A stretch of 61,289 nt of DNA, filler included. It is 4 parts of 4 records of this genome, joined end to end, with 100 filler letters (N's around TTAATTAATTAA, not from the genome) between each part and the next. Parts side by side here need not be neighbours in the genome. Positions count along the whole stretch, not along the records: positions 43,904 to 56,852 come from SRR20825010_332; positions 56,953 to 61,289 come from SRR20825010_335; 2 more parts are not named here. One strand, given 5' to 3'. The notes under the pieces are model-generated. The model ran no database searches. It saw only the letters and a program-made list of their open reading frames with translations, and was not told where the DNA came from. The translations under genes were made by a program, and so were the position numbers. Of this stretch, positions 48,339-57,650 are shown piece by piece. Every line of letters starts with the position of its first letter. The stretch's first letter is position 1.

Positions 48339-49499
48339 TTACCACTCGGTAAAGTTTCCGTCGGGTCCGCGCCATATGGGGTTGGACCAATTATGTCCAA
48401 TTTTCTGACCTTCCCTTAATTTTTCTTCGTTTATTTCAACCCCTAATCCTGGTTTCTGAAAAAGATCAGTATAACCATCCTTGATATCAAAAATTTCAGG
48501 ATTAAGGACATAATCCAGTAAATCAAAACCTTGATTATAGTGGATACCTATACTGTTTTCCTGAATAAAGGCATTGGCGGAAACAAAGTCGACATGTAAT
48601 GCGGAAGCTAAGGATATGGGACCTAGGGGGCAATGTGGGGCCAGAGCTACATCATAGGCTTCCGCCATAGTGGCAATACGCCTTACCTCCGAAATGCCTC
48701 CGGCGTGACTAAGGTCTGGCTGAATAATGTCGACCACCCCTTCTTCCAGAATTTTCTTAAAATCCCAACGGGAGAACATTCTTTCGCCAGTGGCAATAGG
48801 AATGCTCGTGTAGCCGTAAATATGCTTTAAGGCATCATTGTTTTCGCTAAGTACCGGTTCTTCAATAAACATGGGGTCATAGGGTACAAGCTCATCTATA
48901 AGCCTTTTTACCATGCCTTTATGTACTCGGCCATGAAAATCAAGACCAATATCCAAATCGGTCCCAAATTCCTCTCTCAATAGTCTAATGTTGTTGGACA
49001 CCTGTTTCACATCTTTCAAGGTCGAAATCCAGTCCATGCCTCCGGTAGCGTTCATTTTTACCGCTTGGAAACCGGCCTTTACCTTTTCGTGGGCCTGTTC
49101 TAAAATAACTTCTGGATGATCTCCGCCAATCCAGCAGTACATTTTCATTTTATGGCGGACTGCCCCTCCCAATAAATCGTAGACAGGAACACCAAGAAAT
49201 TTTCCCTTTATATCCCAAAGTGCCTGATCAATACCTGAAAGGGCGCTCATCAGGATGGGACCACCTCTGTAAAATCCTCCGCGATACAGTATTTGCCATA
49301 TGTCTTCAATATTTGTGGCCGACTTTCCAATGATGTACTGTTGTAGTTCCATTACGCAGGCGGCTACAGTATCTGCCTTACCTTCCACAACGGGTTCGCC
49401 CCAACCAATAATCCCTTCCTTGGTGGTCACCTTAACGAACAGCCACCTTGGCGGGACTTTAAAAAGTTCAATTTTTTCAATAATAAGTTGTTCCTTCAT
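48339..49499 (-). CDS. dgoD: Galactonate dehydratase (enolase superfamily)
   Basis: VPPRWLF, GWGEP, FYRGGP, KMN, DFHGRVH, FIEEP, APHCPLGP, QENSIGIHYN. Confidence 0.93.
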   Translation of the reverse strand: MKEQLIIEKIELFKVPPRWLFVKVTTKEGIIGWGEPVVEGKADTVAACVMELQQYIIGKSATNIEDIWQILYRGGFYRGGPILMSALSGIDQALWDIKGKFLGVPVYDLLGGAVRHKMKMYCWIGGDHPEVILEQAHEKVKAGFQAVKMNATGGMDWISTLKDVKQVSNNIRLLREEFGTDLDIGLDFHGRVHKGMVKRLIDELVPYDPMFIEEPVLSENNDALKHIYGYTSIPIATGERMFSRWDFKKILEEGVVDIIQPDLSHAGGISEVRRIATMAEAYDVALAPHCPLGPISLASALHVDFVSANAFIQENSIGIHYNQGFDLLDYVLNPEIFDIKDGYTDLFQKPGLGVEINEEKLREGQKIGHNWSNPIWRGPDGNFTEW

Positions 49500-49668
49500 A
49501 ATGCATTTACAAATTCTTTAGCCCTATGTGGGGCATTAAAAATATTTTTAATGGTTGGTTTTAACAGATCAAATTCATTTCCTAAACCCTTGAATTAAAG
49601 TAATAGGGAAATAAATATAACTAAATGTTATGAATATTAAGAACATTGAAATTTTTAAACAATCTAAA

Positions 49669-50730
49669 CTAAAGTATAACGGTTTGTCCAGTTCTCACGG
49701 ATTCATCGGCAGCCAGTACAATTTTTAGACTATTAATGGCATCCCTTAAATGTGATGACAGATCTTCATCGTTCTTAATGGCGTTCAATAAATACACCTG
49801 TTCCAGTAGACAAAGTCCGTCATGATCTGGCTCATCCTCCGTTCTAATGAAGTCGTCTTTTTTTACAAAATCTCCTTCTTTGGTCAATTCGCTATAATGA
49901 AGTTGTAGACTGCCCGTTTTTGTATGACCTTCTATATCTTGGGAACTATCTTTAGGTTTGTCCGATATGGAAACAGCTCCCTTTGGGCCAATAACATCCT
50001 TGATAAAGACCGCGGTTTCACTCATCATAGGTCCCCATCCGGCCTCGTACCATCCTACGGACCCGTCTTTAAAACGTACTTGTAATTGACCATAGTTGTA
50101 CATTTTGGAATCAATTTCTTTGCTCAAATTGGCTCCAATGGCACTGACACTAATTGGAATGGATTGGGTCATTAAACACATAATATCTACATAATGTACG
50201 CCGCAATCCACTATTGGCGACATGGAGTTCATTAATTGTTTATGGGTATACCATTTGTCCCCAGAACTTTGTTGGTTTAGGTTCATGCGCATTACCAAGG
50301 GCTTGCCAAGGGTACGGGCAACCTCCACAAACTTGGTCCAAGATGGATGTACCCTAAGAATATAACCCACTACCATCTTTCGGTTTTTTTCCTTTGCCAG
50401 AGTCACAAGTTCCTCGGCCTCTTCAACAGTTAGGGCAAGAGGTTTTTCTACGAATACATGTGCTCCCGCGTTAAGACTTTTTCTAACATAGTCGGCATGG
50501 GTGTCCGGATAGGTGTTTATGGATACCACATCTGGTTTTGATTCCCGCAGGGCGGTATCAAAATTTGCATAGGTAGGCAATCCTCCCAATTCCTTGGATA
50601 ATTTTTCCCTACTTTCCGGTTTCCGGCTTACCAGTCCCACAATTTCAAATTCAGAGAGTTGGTGATAGGCTCTGGCATGGGAAACACCCATATTTCCACA
50701 ACCTACAACAAGGGTTTTAAGTTTGTTCAT
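49669..50730 (-). CDS. Gfo/Idh/MocA family NAD(P) oxidoreductase
   Basis: GCGNMG, EKPLA, VDCGVHYVD. Confidence 0.93.
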   Translation of the reverse strand: MNKLKTLVVGCGNMGVSHARAYHQLSEFEIVGLVSRKPESREKLSKELGGLPTYANFDTALRESKPDVVSINTYPDTHADYVRKSLNAGAHVFVEKPLALTVEEAEELVTLAKEKNRKMVVGYILRVHPSWTKFVEVARTLGKPLVMRMNLNQQSSGDKWYTHKQLMNSMSPIVDCGVHYVDIMCLMTQSIPISVSAIGANLSKEIDSKMYNYGQLQVRFKDGSVGWYEAGWGPMMSETAVFIKDVIGPKGAVSISDKPKDSSQDIEGHTKTGSLQLHYSELTKEGDFVKKDDFIRTEDEPDHDGLCLLEQVYLLNAIKNDEDLSSHLRDAINSLKIVLAADESVRTGQTVIL

Positions 50731-50754
50731 TTTATATTTATTTATAAATTTTCT

Positions 50755-52878
50755 TTATTCCAGTGAAAAGGCCATAATCCTGTTCCCTTTTTCAGTTCCT
50801 AATTTTTCGCCACCACAGGCAATGGCAATATATTGTTTGCCGTTTACTTCATACATGGCGGGCGTTGCAAATGCAGCAGCAGGGAGTTTGTATTCCCAAA
50901 GTAGCTTTCCGTTCTTTTTATTAAAAGCTCTAAAATATCCGTCTTTAGTGGCACCAATAAACAGAAGTCCGTTTTCGGTGACTATTGCCCCACCATAGTT
51001 CTCTGTACCGGTCTGAGGAAATCCCTTTTCTTTCAGGCTCATTGTTTCCCCAAAGGGAATGGACCAGAGATAATCTCCAGAATTTAGGTCTATTGCATGT
51101 AATGTACCCCATGGCGGGGAAATGGCAGGCAATCCGTTGCTGTCCAGAAACTTTTTATAACCCCTGTGTTTATATGTTGTTTTTATAGGTTTTGTTTTGT
51201 GTTCGGGGACAATTTGTGCAATCTCTTCCCCATATAAAAATTGTATCAAAGCTTCCATTTCTGCTTTTTCAATTTGGGGAAAACCTGTCATCATGCCTTT
51301 TCCTTTTTTTATGGTATGGGCAAGGGCCTCTTTATCATAGGTCGATTTTAGCTTGGTTAACGAGGGATATCCACTAGCCACATTACCCTTGCGGTCTTTT
51401 TGATGGCATACAACGCAATATTTGTTATAGGCATTTGCCCCTGGAGCCAAGTTTGTATTTAGGGTATCCTTGTCCATTTGAAGGAACCAGGCCATTTCAT
51501 TGGAATTTACGTAAAGTATGCCATCTTCGGGATCAGCTGCGGCTCCTCCCCATTCTGCAGCTCCATCATAGCCGGGAAGAAGAAGAACAGGATCCAGACT
51601 TGGTGGGGCATAGATTCTTTTGTCCGCTTTATTGAAAAGGGTTAATATTTCTTCCTTGTTTTCTGCGTAGGGACTAAGGTCTTTTTCCGTCAATAAATGG
51701 GATTGTCTTGCAAAAGGTTTGGGCTTGATGGGAAAAGGTTGGGTTGCCCATGCTTTTTCTCCTTCCAAAGTGGATGGAGGTACCGGTATTTCCTCAATTT
51801 CAAATAAAGGCTCTCCCGTAACCCTGTTAAAAAGAAAAACATACCCCTGCTTGGTTACTTGGGCTACAGCGGGAATTTGTTTCCCCTCTCTAGTTATCGT
51901 TAAAAGGTTAGGGGGTGCCGGAGGATCTCTATCCCATAAGTCGTGATGGGTAAATTGATAATGCCAAAGCAGTTTTCCTGTTTGTGCGTCCAAAGCCAAT
52001 AAGGTATTGGCATAAAGATTACTGCCCTTTCGGTCGCCACCATAAAAATCCGGCGCTGCGGAGCCTGTTGGCACGTATAGGATTCCCGTTGCTTCATCCA
52101 GGGCCATACCGGCCCAGTTGTTGGCGGCACCAACAGTGTCGCTCTTATAGCTATTAGGGTCTTCCCATGTTTCGTGCCCCGGTTCACCAGGATGTGGTAT
52201 GGTGTGGAAGGCCCATTCCAATTGGCCTGTTATTACATTAAAAGCCATGACATCACCAGGTGCGGCACCACTACCTTCCGAGAGCCGAATAGGCATTACA
52301 ATTAAATCTCTGTAAATAGTTCCAGGAGTGTTGGAGACGACAAATTTATCCCTTGCGTTTGTTGGTAATCCGGAGTGGAGATCAATTTTTCCATTTTCCC
52401 CGAAGGAAGGAATAGGTGTACCGGTCATGGCGTTTAGGGCAAAAAGATTGGGCCCTTGGGTAAAGAGAATACGTTTATCATCATCTTTTGCCCAATACGC
52501 TACACCCCTACTAGTGGAATTTGTAAGTTGTAACGAATCCCCAAATCTCCATATCTCCTTACCAGTGCCAGCGTGCAATGCCACTGCCCTTAAGGCTGCC
52601 GTTACCCCATACAAAATAGTGTCCACTATTATAGGGTTCATTTGCATTTGACCACTATCAGGTGCAGTGTATGACCAGACTACCTTAAGTTGGGTAACGT
52701 TGTCCAAAGTAATTTGTGATAGGGTGGAATAATGGTTACGATCCGGCCCTCCCAAATACGATGTCCATGTAGTGTATTTGTCAGAATCGGTTTTGGTGGA
52801 ATTATCAGGGTGGCAACGTAATAAACAAATGGCCGCTATGGCTATTAGCGATATATATTTTGTGATATTAAGCGACAT
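50755..52878 (-). CDS. PQQ-dependent glucose/quinate-type dehydrogenase with internal cytochrome c domain
   Basis: YSTLSQIT..NV, NNWAGMA, PTGSAAPDFYGG, HHDLWDRD, GAAEWGGAA, CVVCH, PPWGTL, ATPAMYEVNGKQY. Confidence 0.9.
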   Translation of the reverse strand: MSLNITKYISLIAIAAICLLRCHPDNSTKTDSDKYTTWTSYLGGPDRNHYSTLSQITLDNVTQLKVVWSYTAPDSGQMQMNPIIVDTILYGVTAALRAVALHAGTGKEIWRFGDSLQLTNSTSRGVAYWAKDDDKRILFTQGPNLFALNAMTGTPIPSFGENGKIDLHSGLPTNARDKFVVSNTPGTIYRDLIVMPIRLSEGSGAAPGDVMAFNVITGQLEWAFHTIPHPGEPGHETWEDPNSYKSDTVGAANNWAGMALDEATGILYVPTGSAAPDFYGGDRKGSNLYANTLLALDAQTGKLLWHYQFTHHDLWDRDPPAPPNLLTITREGKQIPAVAQVTKQGYVFLFNRVTGEPLFEIEEIPVPPSTLEGEKAWATQPFPIKPKPFARQSHLLTEKDLSPYAENKEEILTLFNKADKRIYAPPSLDPVLLLPGYDGAAEWGGAAADPEDGILYVNSNEMAWFLQMDKDTLNTNLAPGANAYNKYCVVCHQKDRKGNVASGYPSLTKLKSTYDKEALAHTIKKGKGMMTGFPQIEKAEMEALIQFLYGEEIAQIVPEHKTKPIKTTYKHRGYKKFLDSNGLPAISPPWGTLHAIDLNSGDYLWSIPFGETMSLKEKGFPQTGTENYGGAIVTENGLLFIGATKDGYFRAFNKKNGKLLWEYKLPAAAFATPAMYEVNGKQYIAIACGGEKLGTEKGNRIMAFSLE

Positions 52879-53048
52879 TGATGGTGGTTTTATCGCTTAA
52901 ATTAATTAATTTTTAAGAACTAAGGAGTTATTTCTTTGTGTACTGTGATCTAATATTTTGGTCTTGGATACAATGGTTCTTTTATTTCTAGATACAAACC
53001 CCCCAAAAGAGCAGTGGTTGGGGATTTAGAAAAGACTATTTTTTTACC

Positions 53049-53708
53049 TTATAACCTTTTCAAGGTTTTGTTCAATACAGGCACAATTAGCTCGCCAAGT
53101 TCTTTATATCCCTCTTTATTATAATGAACGTCATTATCCCCCAAACCATTTTTGTGGTGGATGGCAATGGATTTTTTATAGATATCGTTAATAATTACAC
53201 CATTTTTTTTCATTACGGACTTTGCAATGGCATTGTATTTGGCCACATCCTCAGATAATCTGCCTGCCTCATTAACGGGAACATATGTGGTGGTTACAAA
53301 TATTAATTTAGCTGAGGTACTGGCTTTGAGGATACGCACCAATTCTTCCAGATTTTGTCTGTAGGTTTGTAGATCATAAGTTATGGTACCCTTAATCTTA
53401 TCCCTATTTCCATAGACTTTGGAATCTGGATGCCGATAACAAAGATCCCATAATCCCCAATTAAATTGAATAATATCCCAATCTTCCTTACCTATCCAAT
53501 CCTTGATTTTCTCCAATCCTGTTCCTGTATGTTGAGCATTTCCCGGATTGTGCATAACTATTGCCTTAGTGGCCAGTGCTTCTTTTACCTTTGAAAAATA
53601 ACCTATGGAAATTGAGTCGCCTATGATTAATATTTTTGGATCTTTAGGCTTGTATCCCAGACAAAGAAAAATACAGAAGGCTATTAGGAGGTAAAATTTA
53701 TTTTTCAT
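53049..53708 (-). CDS. SGNH/GDSL hydrolase
   Basis: GDSIS, FNWGLWD, DVH catalytic motif. Confidence 0.92.
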   Translation of the reverse strand: MKNKFYLLIAFCIFLCLGYKPKDPKILIIGDSISIGYFSKVKEALATKAIVMHNPGNAQHTGTGLEKIKDWIGKEDWDIIQFNWGLWDLCYRHPDSKVYGNRDKIKGTITYDLQTYRQNLEELVRILKASTSAKLIFVTTTYVPVNEAGRLSEDVAKYNAIAKSVMKKNGVIINDIYKKSIAIHHKNGLGDNDVHYNKEGYKELGELIVPVLNKTLKRL

Positions 53709-53913
53709 GATTTAAGTTTTGCAAAGGCGAAAAATAACTAAAAAATTTAGAAAGGGAATGGAGAGGCTGTCATAATGGGGGTATTTTATTGTTTAGGGAA
53801 AACCGGGTTGCCCTTTCATAGGGATTGGATAATTTACCTTCATTCATAATAATTTATGAATGTCCAAAGAAAATCACTACATTGTTCTTGCCAAATAATC
53901 AACCACATACAAA

Positions 53914-55020
53914 ATGACAATCGAATCCACCAACCTTTCCAAGAGGTTGTTTTCCTTGGATGTATTCCGGGGATTGACCATGTTTTTACTAATCGCTGAG
54001 GCTGCCGGGTTTCATGGCAGCTTTGGGCATCTTACAGAAAACAATACTGTTTTACATCCATTGGCGGAACAGCTGCACCATCATCCATGGAACGGGTTGC
54101 GATTTTGGGATCTTATACAGCCTTTTTTTATGTTTATAGTGGGGGTGGCCATGCCATTTTCATTGAGAAAGCGCTTGGCTACTGGATCCCGCAAAGCTGC
54201 AACGAAACATATTTTGAGAAGATGTTTTTTGCTTTTTAGTTTTGGGGTATTGCTGCATTGTGTGTATAGTCATGCATTGGTTTGGGAACTCTGGAACGTT
54301 TTGGTTCAATTGGCTTTTACTATTCTTATAGCTTATGCTATAATGAATCTTCCGCACCGGATGCAGATTCTTATTTGCCTTGGAATTTTGATACTGACCG
54401 AAGTCCTATATAGGGTCTATAACCCACAGGATCCATACAATCAAGGGCAGAGTTTTGGATCTTGGGTAGATATGTTGGTAATGGGCAAAATTAATGGTGG
54501 GGGATGGGTTTTCATCAATTTTCTGCCTACTGCGGTCCATACAATAATGGGTGTAATTTGTGGTCAATTGTTGCTTTCCAACAAAACGGCTAAGGAAAAG
54601 TTAGGTCCCTTATTAATGTGGGGGTCGGCCCTACTTTTGTTCGGTTATGGGATGGATCTACTGGGAATAACCCCAATAATTAAAAGAATTGCAACTACCT
54701 CATTTACTCTGGCTTCAGGAGGTTGGGCCTTGTTGGCCTTGGGGTTGTTTTATTGGTGGATAGACATTAAGGACCACAAGAATAAATGGTTGAAGATTTT
54801 TTCTGTGGTGGGGACCAATTCCATTTTTATTTATTTGTTTGCCGAAACTGTAGGGTCTCAATGGTTTAGAGATTTTGGGCATATTTTTACCGAAGGACTT
54901 TTAGCGCCTTTGGGTATGGATGAATATCTAATATGGCTGATTAACTCCATATTTGTCTTATATATGTTTTGGTATTTAACGTATTTTCTGGATCAGAAGA
55001 AGGTTTACTTTAAGATTTAA
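53914..55020 (+). CDS. HGSNAT/NagX-like (DUF5009) membrane acyltransferase
   Basis: RLFSLDVFRGLTM, HHPWNG, DLIQPFFMFIVG, PIIKRI, GTNSIFIY. Confidence 0.88.
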   Translation: MTIESTNLSKRLFSLDVFRGLTMFLLIAEAAGFHGSFGHLTENNTVLHPLAEQLHHHPWNGLRFWDLIQPFFMFIVGVAMPFSLRKRLATGSRKAATKHILRRCFLLFSFGVLLHCVYSHALVWELWNVLVQLAFTILIAYAIMNLPHRMQILICLGILILTEVLYRVYNPQDPYNQGQSFGSWVDMLVMGKINGGGWVFINFLPTAVHTIMGVICGQLLLSNKTAKEKLGPLLMWGSALLLFGYGMDLLGITPIIKRIATTSFTLASGGWALLALGLFYWWIDIKDHKNKWLKIFSVVGTNSIFIYLFAETVGSQWFRDFGHIFTEGLLAPLGMDEYLIWLINSIFVLYMFWYLTYFLDQKKVYFKI

Positions 55021-55044
55021 AGGTTCGATTCCTAGTAGGCCAAC
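55021..55044 (+). mobile_element. tRNA 3'-end remnant (candidate att site)
   Basis: AGG-TTCGATT-CCT T arm followed by AGTAGGCCAAC; no D or anticodon arm upstream. Confidence 0.55.
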
Positions 55045-55049
55045 GTTAC

Positions 55050-55090
55050 AATCCCTTGATTTCATTTAAATCAGGGGATTTTTATTTTTT
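55050..55090 (+). terminator. Intrinsic terminator
   Basis: AATCCCTTGATTT-CATTT-AAATCAGGGGATT followed by a T run. Confidence 0.82.
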
Positions 55091-55282
55091 TGGGCACAAC
55101 ATATTAGGCTTTTATAATATTAAAGTTTTTTGAGTTTTATTTATTTTCTTGATCTGCCTTTTCCCGAAAAAACCTTGTAACCTGAGAGCGTCTCAGATTA
55201 CCTCACTATTGTTTTGGTATTCATCTGAGGTGTTTGATCATCCTCTATTAGAACTATAAAAAAGTTTAGTGCTGTGGAATGA

Positions 55283-56713
55283 TTATTTCCTTATTTTCAT
55301 GTCGAGCGTATTTTTTCCGACTGTATATGCATAAGCGGATGAAGGTAAAAATTGAAAGTGAACATCTGCATATTCCACTTCCCCTTCTTTACTTATTGAC
55401 GTAACAATTGGTGTTTTAATATTATTTTCCTGGCAAAATTTGATTAAACTTTTTAACTCTTTCGGTTTTTCAAAATATCGATCTGACCATTTAATTTCGA
55501 GGGCCCAAATAGGTTTTAATGTATTATCACTCAATCCGACCATATCCACTTCGCCATTGTTCCATCTAGCGTAATAAGGTGTAAACCAATCCCTGTGCAT
55601 CCATTGAGCAAATATTGCTGTTTCAACCATATTGCCAATCATTTCGTCAGTCGCCGTTATAGGAGTAAACAATGCACTTCGTAATGAGGGGTTTGTAAGG
55701 TATATTTTGAAAAAATTATCTCGTTTGAATCTTTTTCCACTTTGATCAATTCGTTTAATTTGCTTTATTAAGAATGCAGCTTCTAAGTATTCAATGTACT
55801 TTTTTAAAGTGTTTTTAGGTACTTGTGATTGTTTGCTCAAGGTCTCAAGTGAGAATTCACCACCGCTGTTATATGCAATTGTCGTGAATAGAGAATATAA
55901 TTCTCGTGTATCGCTTATGCCGTAGAGACTAGGTAAATCTCTAAGGATAACTTTGTCTACAATATCTTGCCTTATATATCGCCCTGGGTTTGCTTGAATT
56001 TTTTCGGAAAGAATTACTTCTGGATATCCTCCAAAGTTAATGTAGTCTAGAAAATGTCTGTTGAGCTCATCTAAATGACTTGTTGAATAGAATTCTGTCT
56101 GTTTATCGTTCCAATTAAGTTGTATAGGCTTGATTAGCCTATCCAAACCTTTTAAGGATATATATTCATTAAAGGTAAGTGGAGGGAGTAAGAAATCGGT
56201 AAATCGACCCGCACCACTTTCATTGCTTGCAAATTTCAGGGCAGCTGCAGCAGATCCAGATACTATAAACTTATCTTTCCTATAACTATCTACTAAAGAT
56301 TTTAAATGTACTTCCCATTCCCTGCAATATTGTATTTCATCATAGATTATGTGCCAATCAGATTTATCAGTCAGACCAGTAGCTTCTTTTGAATAATTGA
56401 AAAGTTGTTCAAGAGAGATATTATTATAAATAGGGTTTTCTATGGTTATAAATATTATTTTTTTTGGATCTACGCCATTTTCGATTAATTCTTGAACCAT
56501 GTGATAGAGCATAACAGTTTTTCCAACCCTTCGTGGCCCCATCAATACTACAGCTCTTCTTATCTCCCTTTCTTTCACCAATGGTTTGAATAGTTCAAAG
56601 TATAACCTTCGCGGCATCTCATTGTAATCAGTTTCAATTTCGCCATCTATCCACCATGGATTTTCAAATCGAATTCGGTCTAGTACTTGGTCTTTGGAAA
56701 TTTCTCGTATCAT
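55283..56713 (-). CDS. AAA_14 ATPase with DUF4143 / PD-(D/E)xK C-terminal domain
   Basis: GPRRVGKT Walker A, YDEIQ Walker B, SGS, ESGAGR, GGYPE, EVDMV...LEIK. Confidence 0.92.
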   Translation of the reverse strand: MIREISKDQVLDRIRFENPWWIDGEIETDYNEMPRRLYFELFKPLVKEREIRRAVVLMGPRRVGKTVMLYHMVQELIENGVDPKKIIFITIENPIYNNISLEQLFNYSKEATGLTDKSDWHIIYDEIQYCREWEVHLKSLVDSYRKDKFIVSGSAAAALKFASNESGAGRFTDFLLPPLTFNEYISLKGLDRLIKPIQLNWNDKQTEFYSTSHLDELNRHFLDYINFGGYPEVILSEKIQANPGRYIRQDIVDKVILRDLPSLYGISDTRELYSLFTTIAYNSGGEFSLETLSKQSQVPKNTLKKYIEYLEAAFLIKQIKRIDQSGKRFKRDNFFKIYLTNPSLRSALFTPITATDEMIGNMVETAIFAQWMHRDWFTPYYARWNNGEVDMVGLSDNTLKPIWALEIKWSDRYFEKPKELKSLIKFCQENNIKTPIVTSISKEGEVEYADVHFQFLPSSAYAYTVGKNTLDMKIRK

Positions 56714-56731
56714 TTAGTACTTAATTTATTA

Positions 56732-56739
56732 CAAATATA
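56732..56739 (-). promoter_or_regulatory. Bacteroidota -7 promoter element (TAnnTTTG)
   Basis: TATATTTG 18 nt upstream of the ATPase start codon. Confidence 0.6.
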
Positions 56740-56852
56740 TCAAATAGAGTCAATTGAATGACCTTATAATACAATAATAATAACTTTAAGAAAAAAAGAG
56801 GGATATTCAATTCTTATTTGTCAATTTTATTAGTGAAACTCAATTTTGAGAA

Positions 56853-56952
56853 NNNNNNNNNNNNNNNNNNNNNNNNNNNNNNNNNNNNNNNNNNNNTTAA
56901 TTAATTAANNNNNNNNNNNNNNNNNNNNNNNNNNNNNNNNNNNNNNNNNNNN
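56853..56952. other. Artificial contig linker
   Basis: 44 N + TTAATTAATTAA + 44 N; abrupt shift to GC-rich sequence after it. Confidence 0.99.
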
Positions 56953-56953
56953 C

Positions 56954-57637
56954 GCCGCCGACCACAAGCCCGGCGACCCCGGCTATGTGCCGCCCGCCAA
57001 CGACTATGTGGTGAAGGACGACGACTACAAGCCGACCGGCACGGACTACGTCGTGAAAGGTGACGAGCCGATCAAGACCCACGACGACGCCAAGAAATAC
57101 GGCGGCGACTATGACCCGGTCCAGCACTCGGTCGCGGCACAAAGCCACCTGACGGTCTACACCAACCAGACCACCTACAAGGTCGGTGACGAACTGCAGG
57201 TCTTTATCGAACCGCGCCACGACTGCCGCCTGACGCTGATCTCGATCGACGACGATCATGACAGCTGCGTTCTCTACCCCTTCCCGGGTCTGGACGACAT
57301 CGTCATCCCGGGTGGCACCCAGTATGTCTTCCCGCCGAAGGGCGCGCTGCGCACCTCCGAGCCGGGGCTGGAAACTATCCTGGCGATCTGCAACGGCGGT
57401 CAGGCTGCCATCGACAAGGTGACCCGCGACACGTCCAAGGTGTCCTGCTCGGTCGGCCACAAGGCCGTTTCCAAGGACCACTATGAGGGTATCGTGAACG
57501 AGACCCTGGTGCTGGACCTCAACGCAGGTGCCAAGGACGTCAAAAAGACTGACAGCGGCGTCGACTACCGCGCCGTGTCCAAACACAACCCCGACGTGAC
57601 CAAGGCACAGATCTCGGTCGTGGTCCGGGAATACTAA
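56954..57637 (+). CDS. DUF4384 domain protein, 5'-truncated
   Basis: Frame open from the contig edge; YKVGDELQV..DCRLTLISID..VLYP..YVFP..GLETILAIC pattern. Confidence 0.8.
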   Translation, partial: AADHKPGDPGYVPPANDYVVKDDDYKPTGTDYVVKGDEPIKTHDDAKKYGGDYDPVQHSVAAQSHLTVYTNQTTYKVGDELQVFIEPRHDCRLTLISIDDDHDSCVLYPFPGLDDIVIPGGTQYVFPPKGALRTSEPGLETILAICNGGQAAIDKVTRDTSKVSCSVGHKAVSKDHYEGIVNETLVLDLNAGAKDVKKTDSGVDYRAVSKHNPDVTKAQISVVVREY

Positions 57638-57650
57638 GGAGATGAGAGCG

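Noticed and set aside
57002..57031. FLAG-tag-like peptide DYVVKDDDYK
   Set aside because: Part of a natural DYVVK repeat with native codon usage; not DYKDDDDK.
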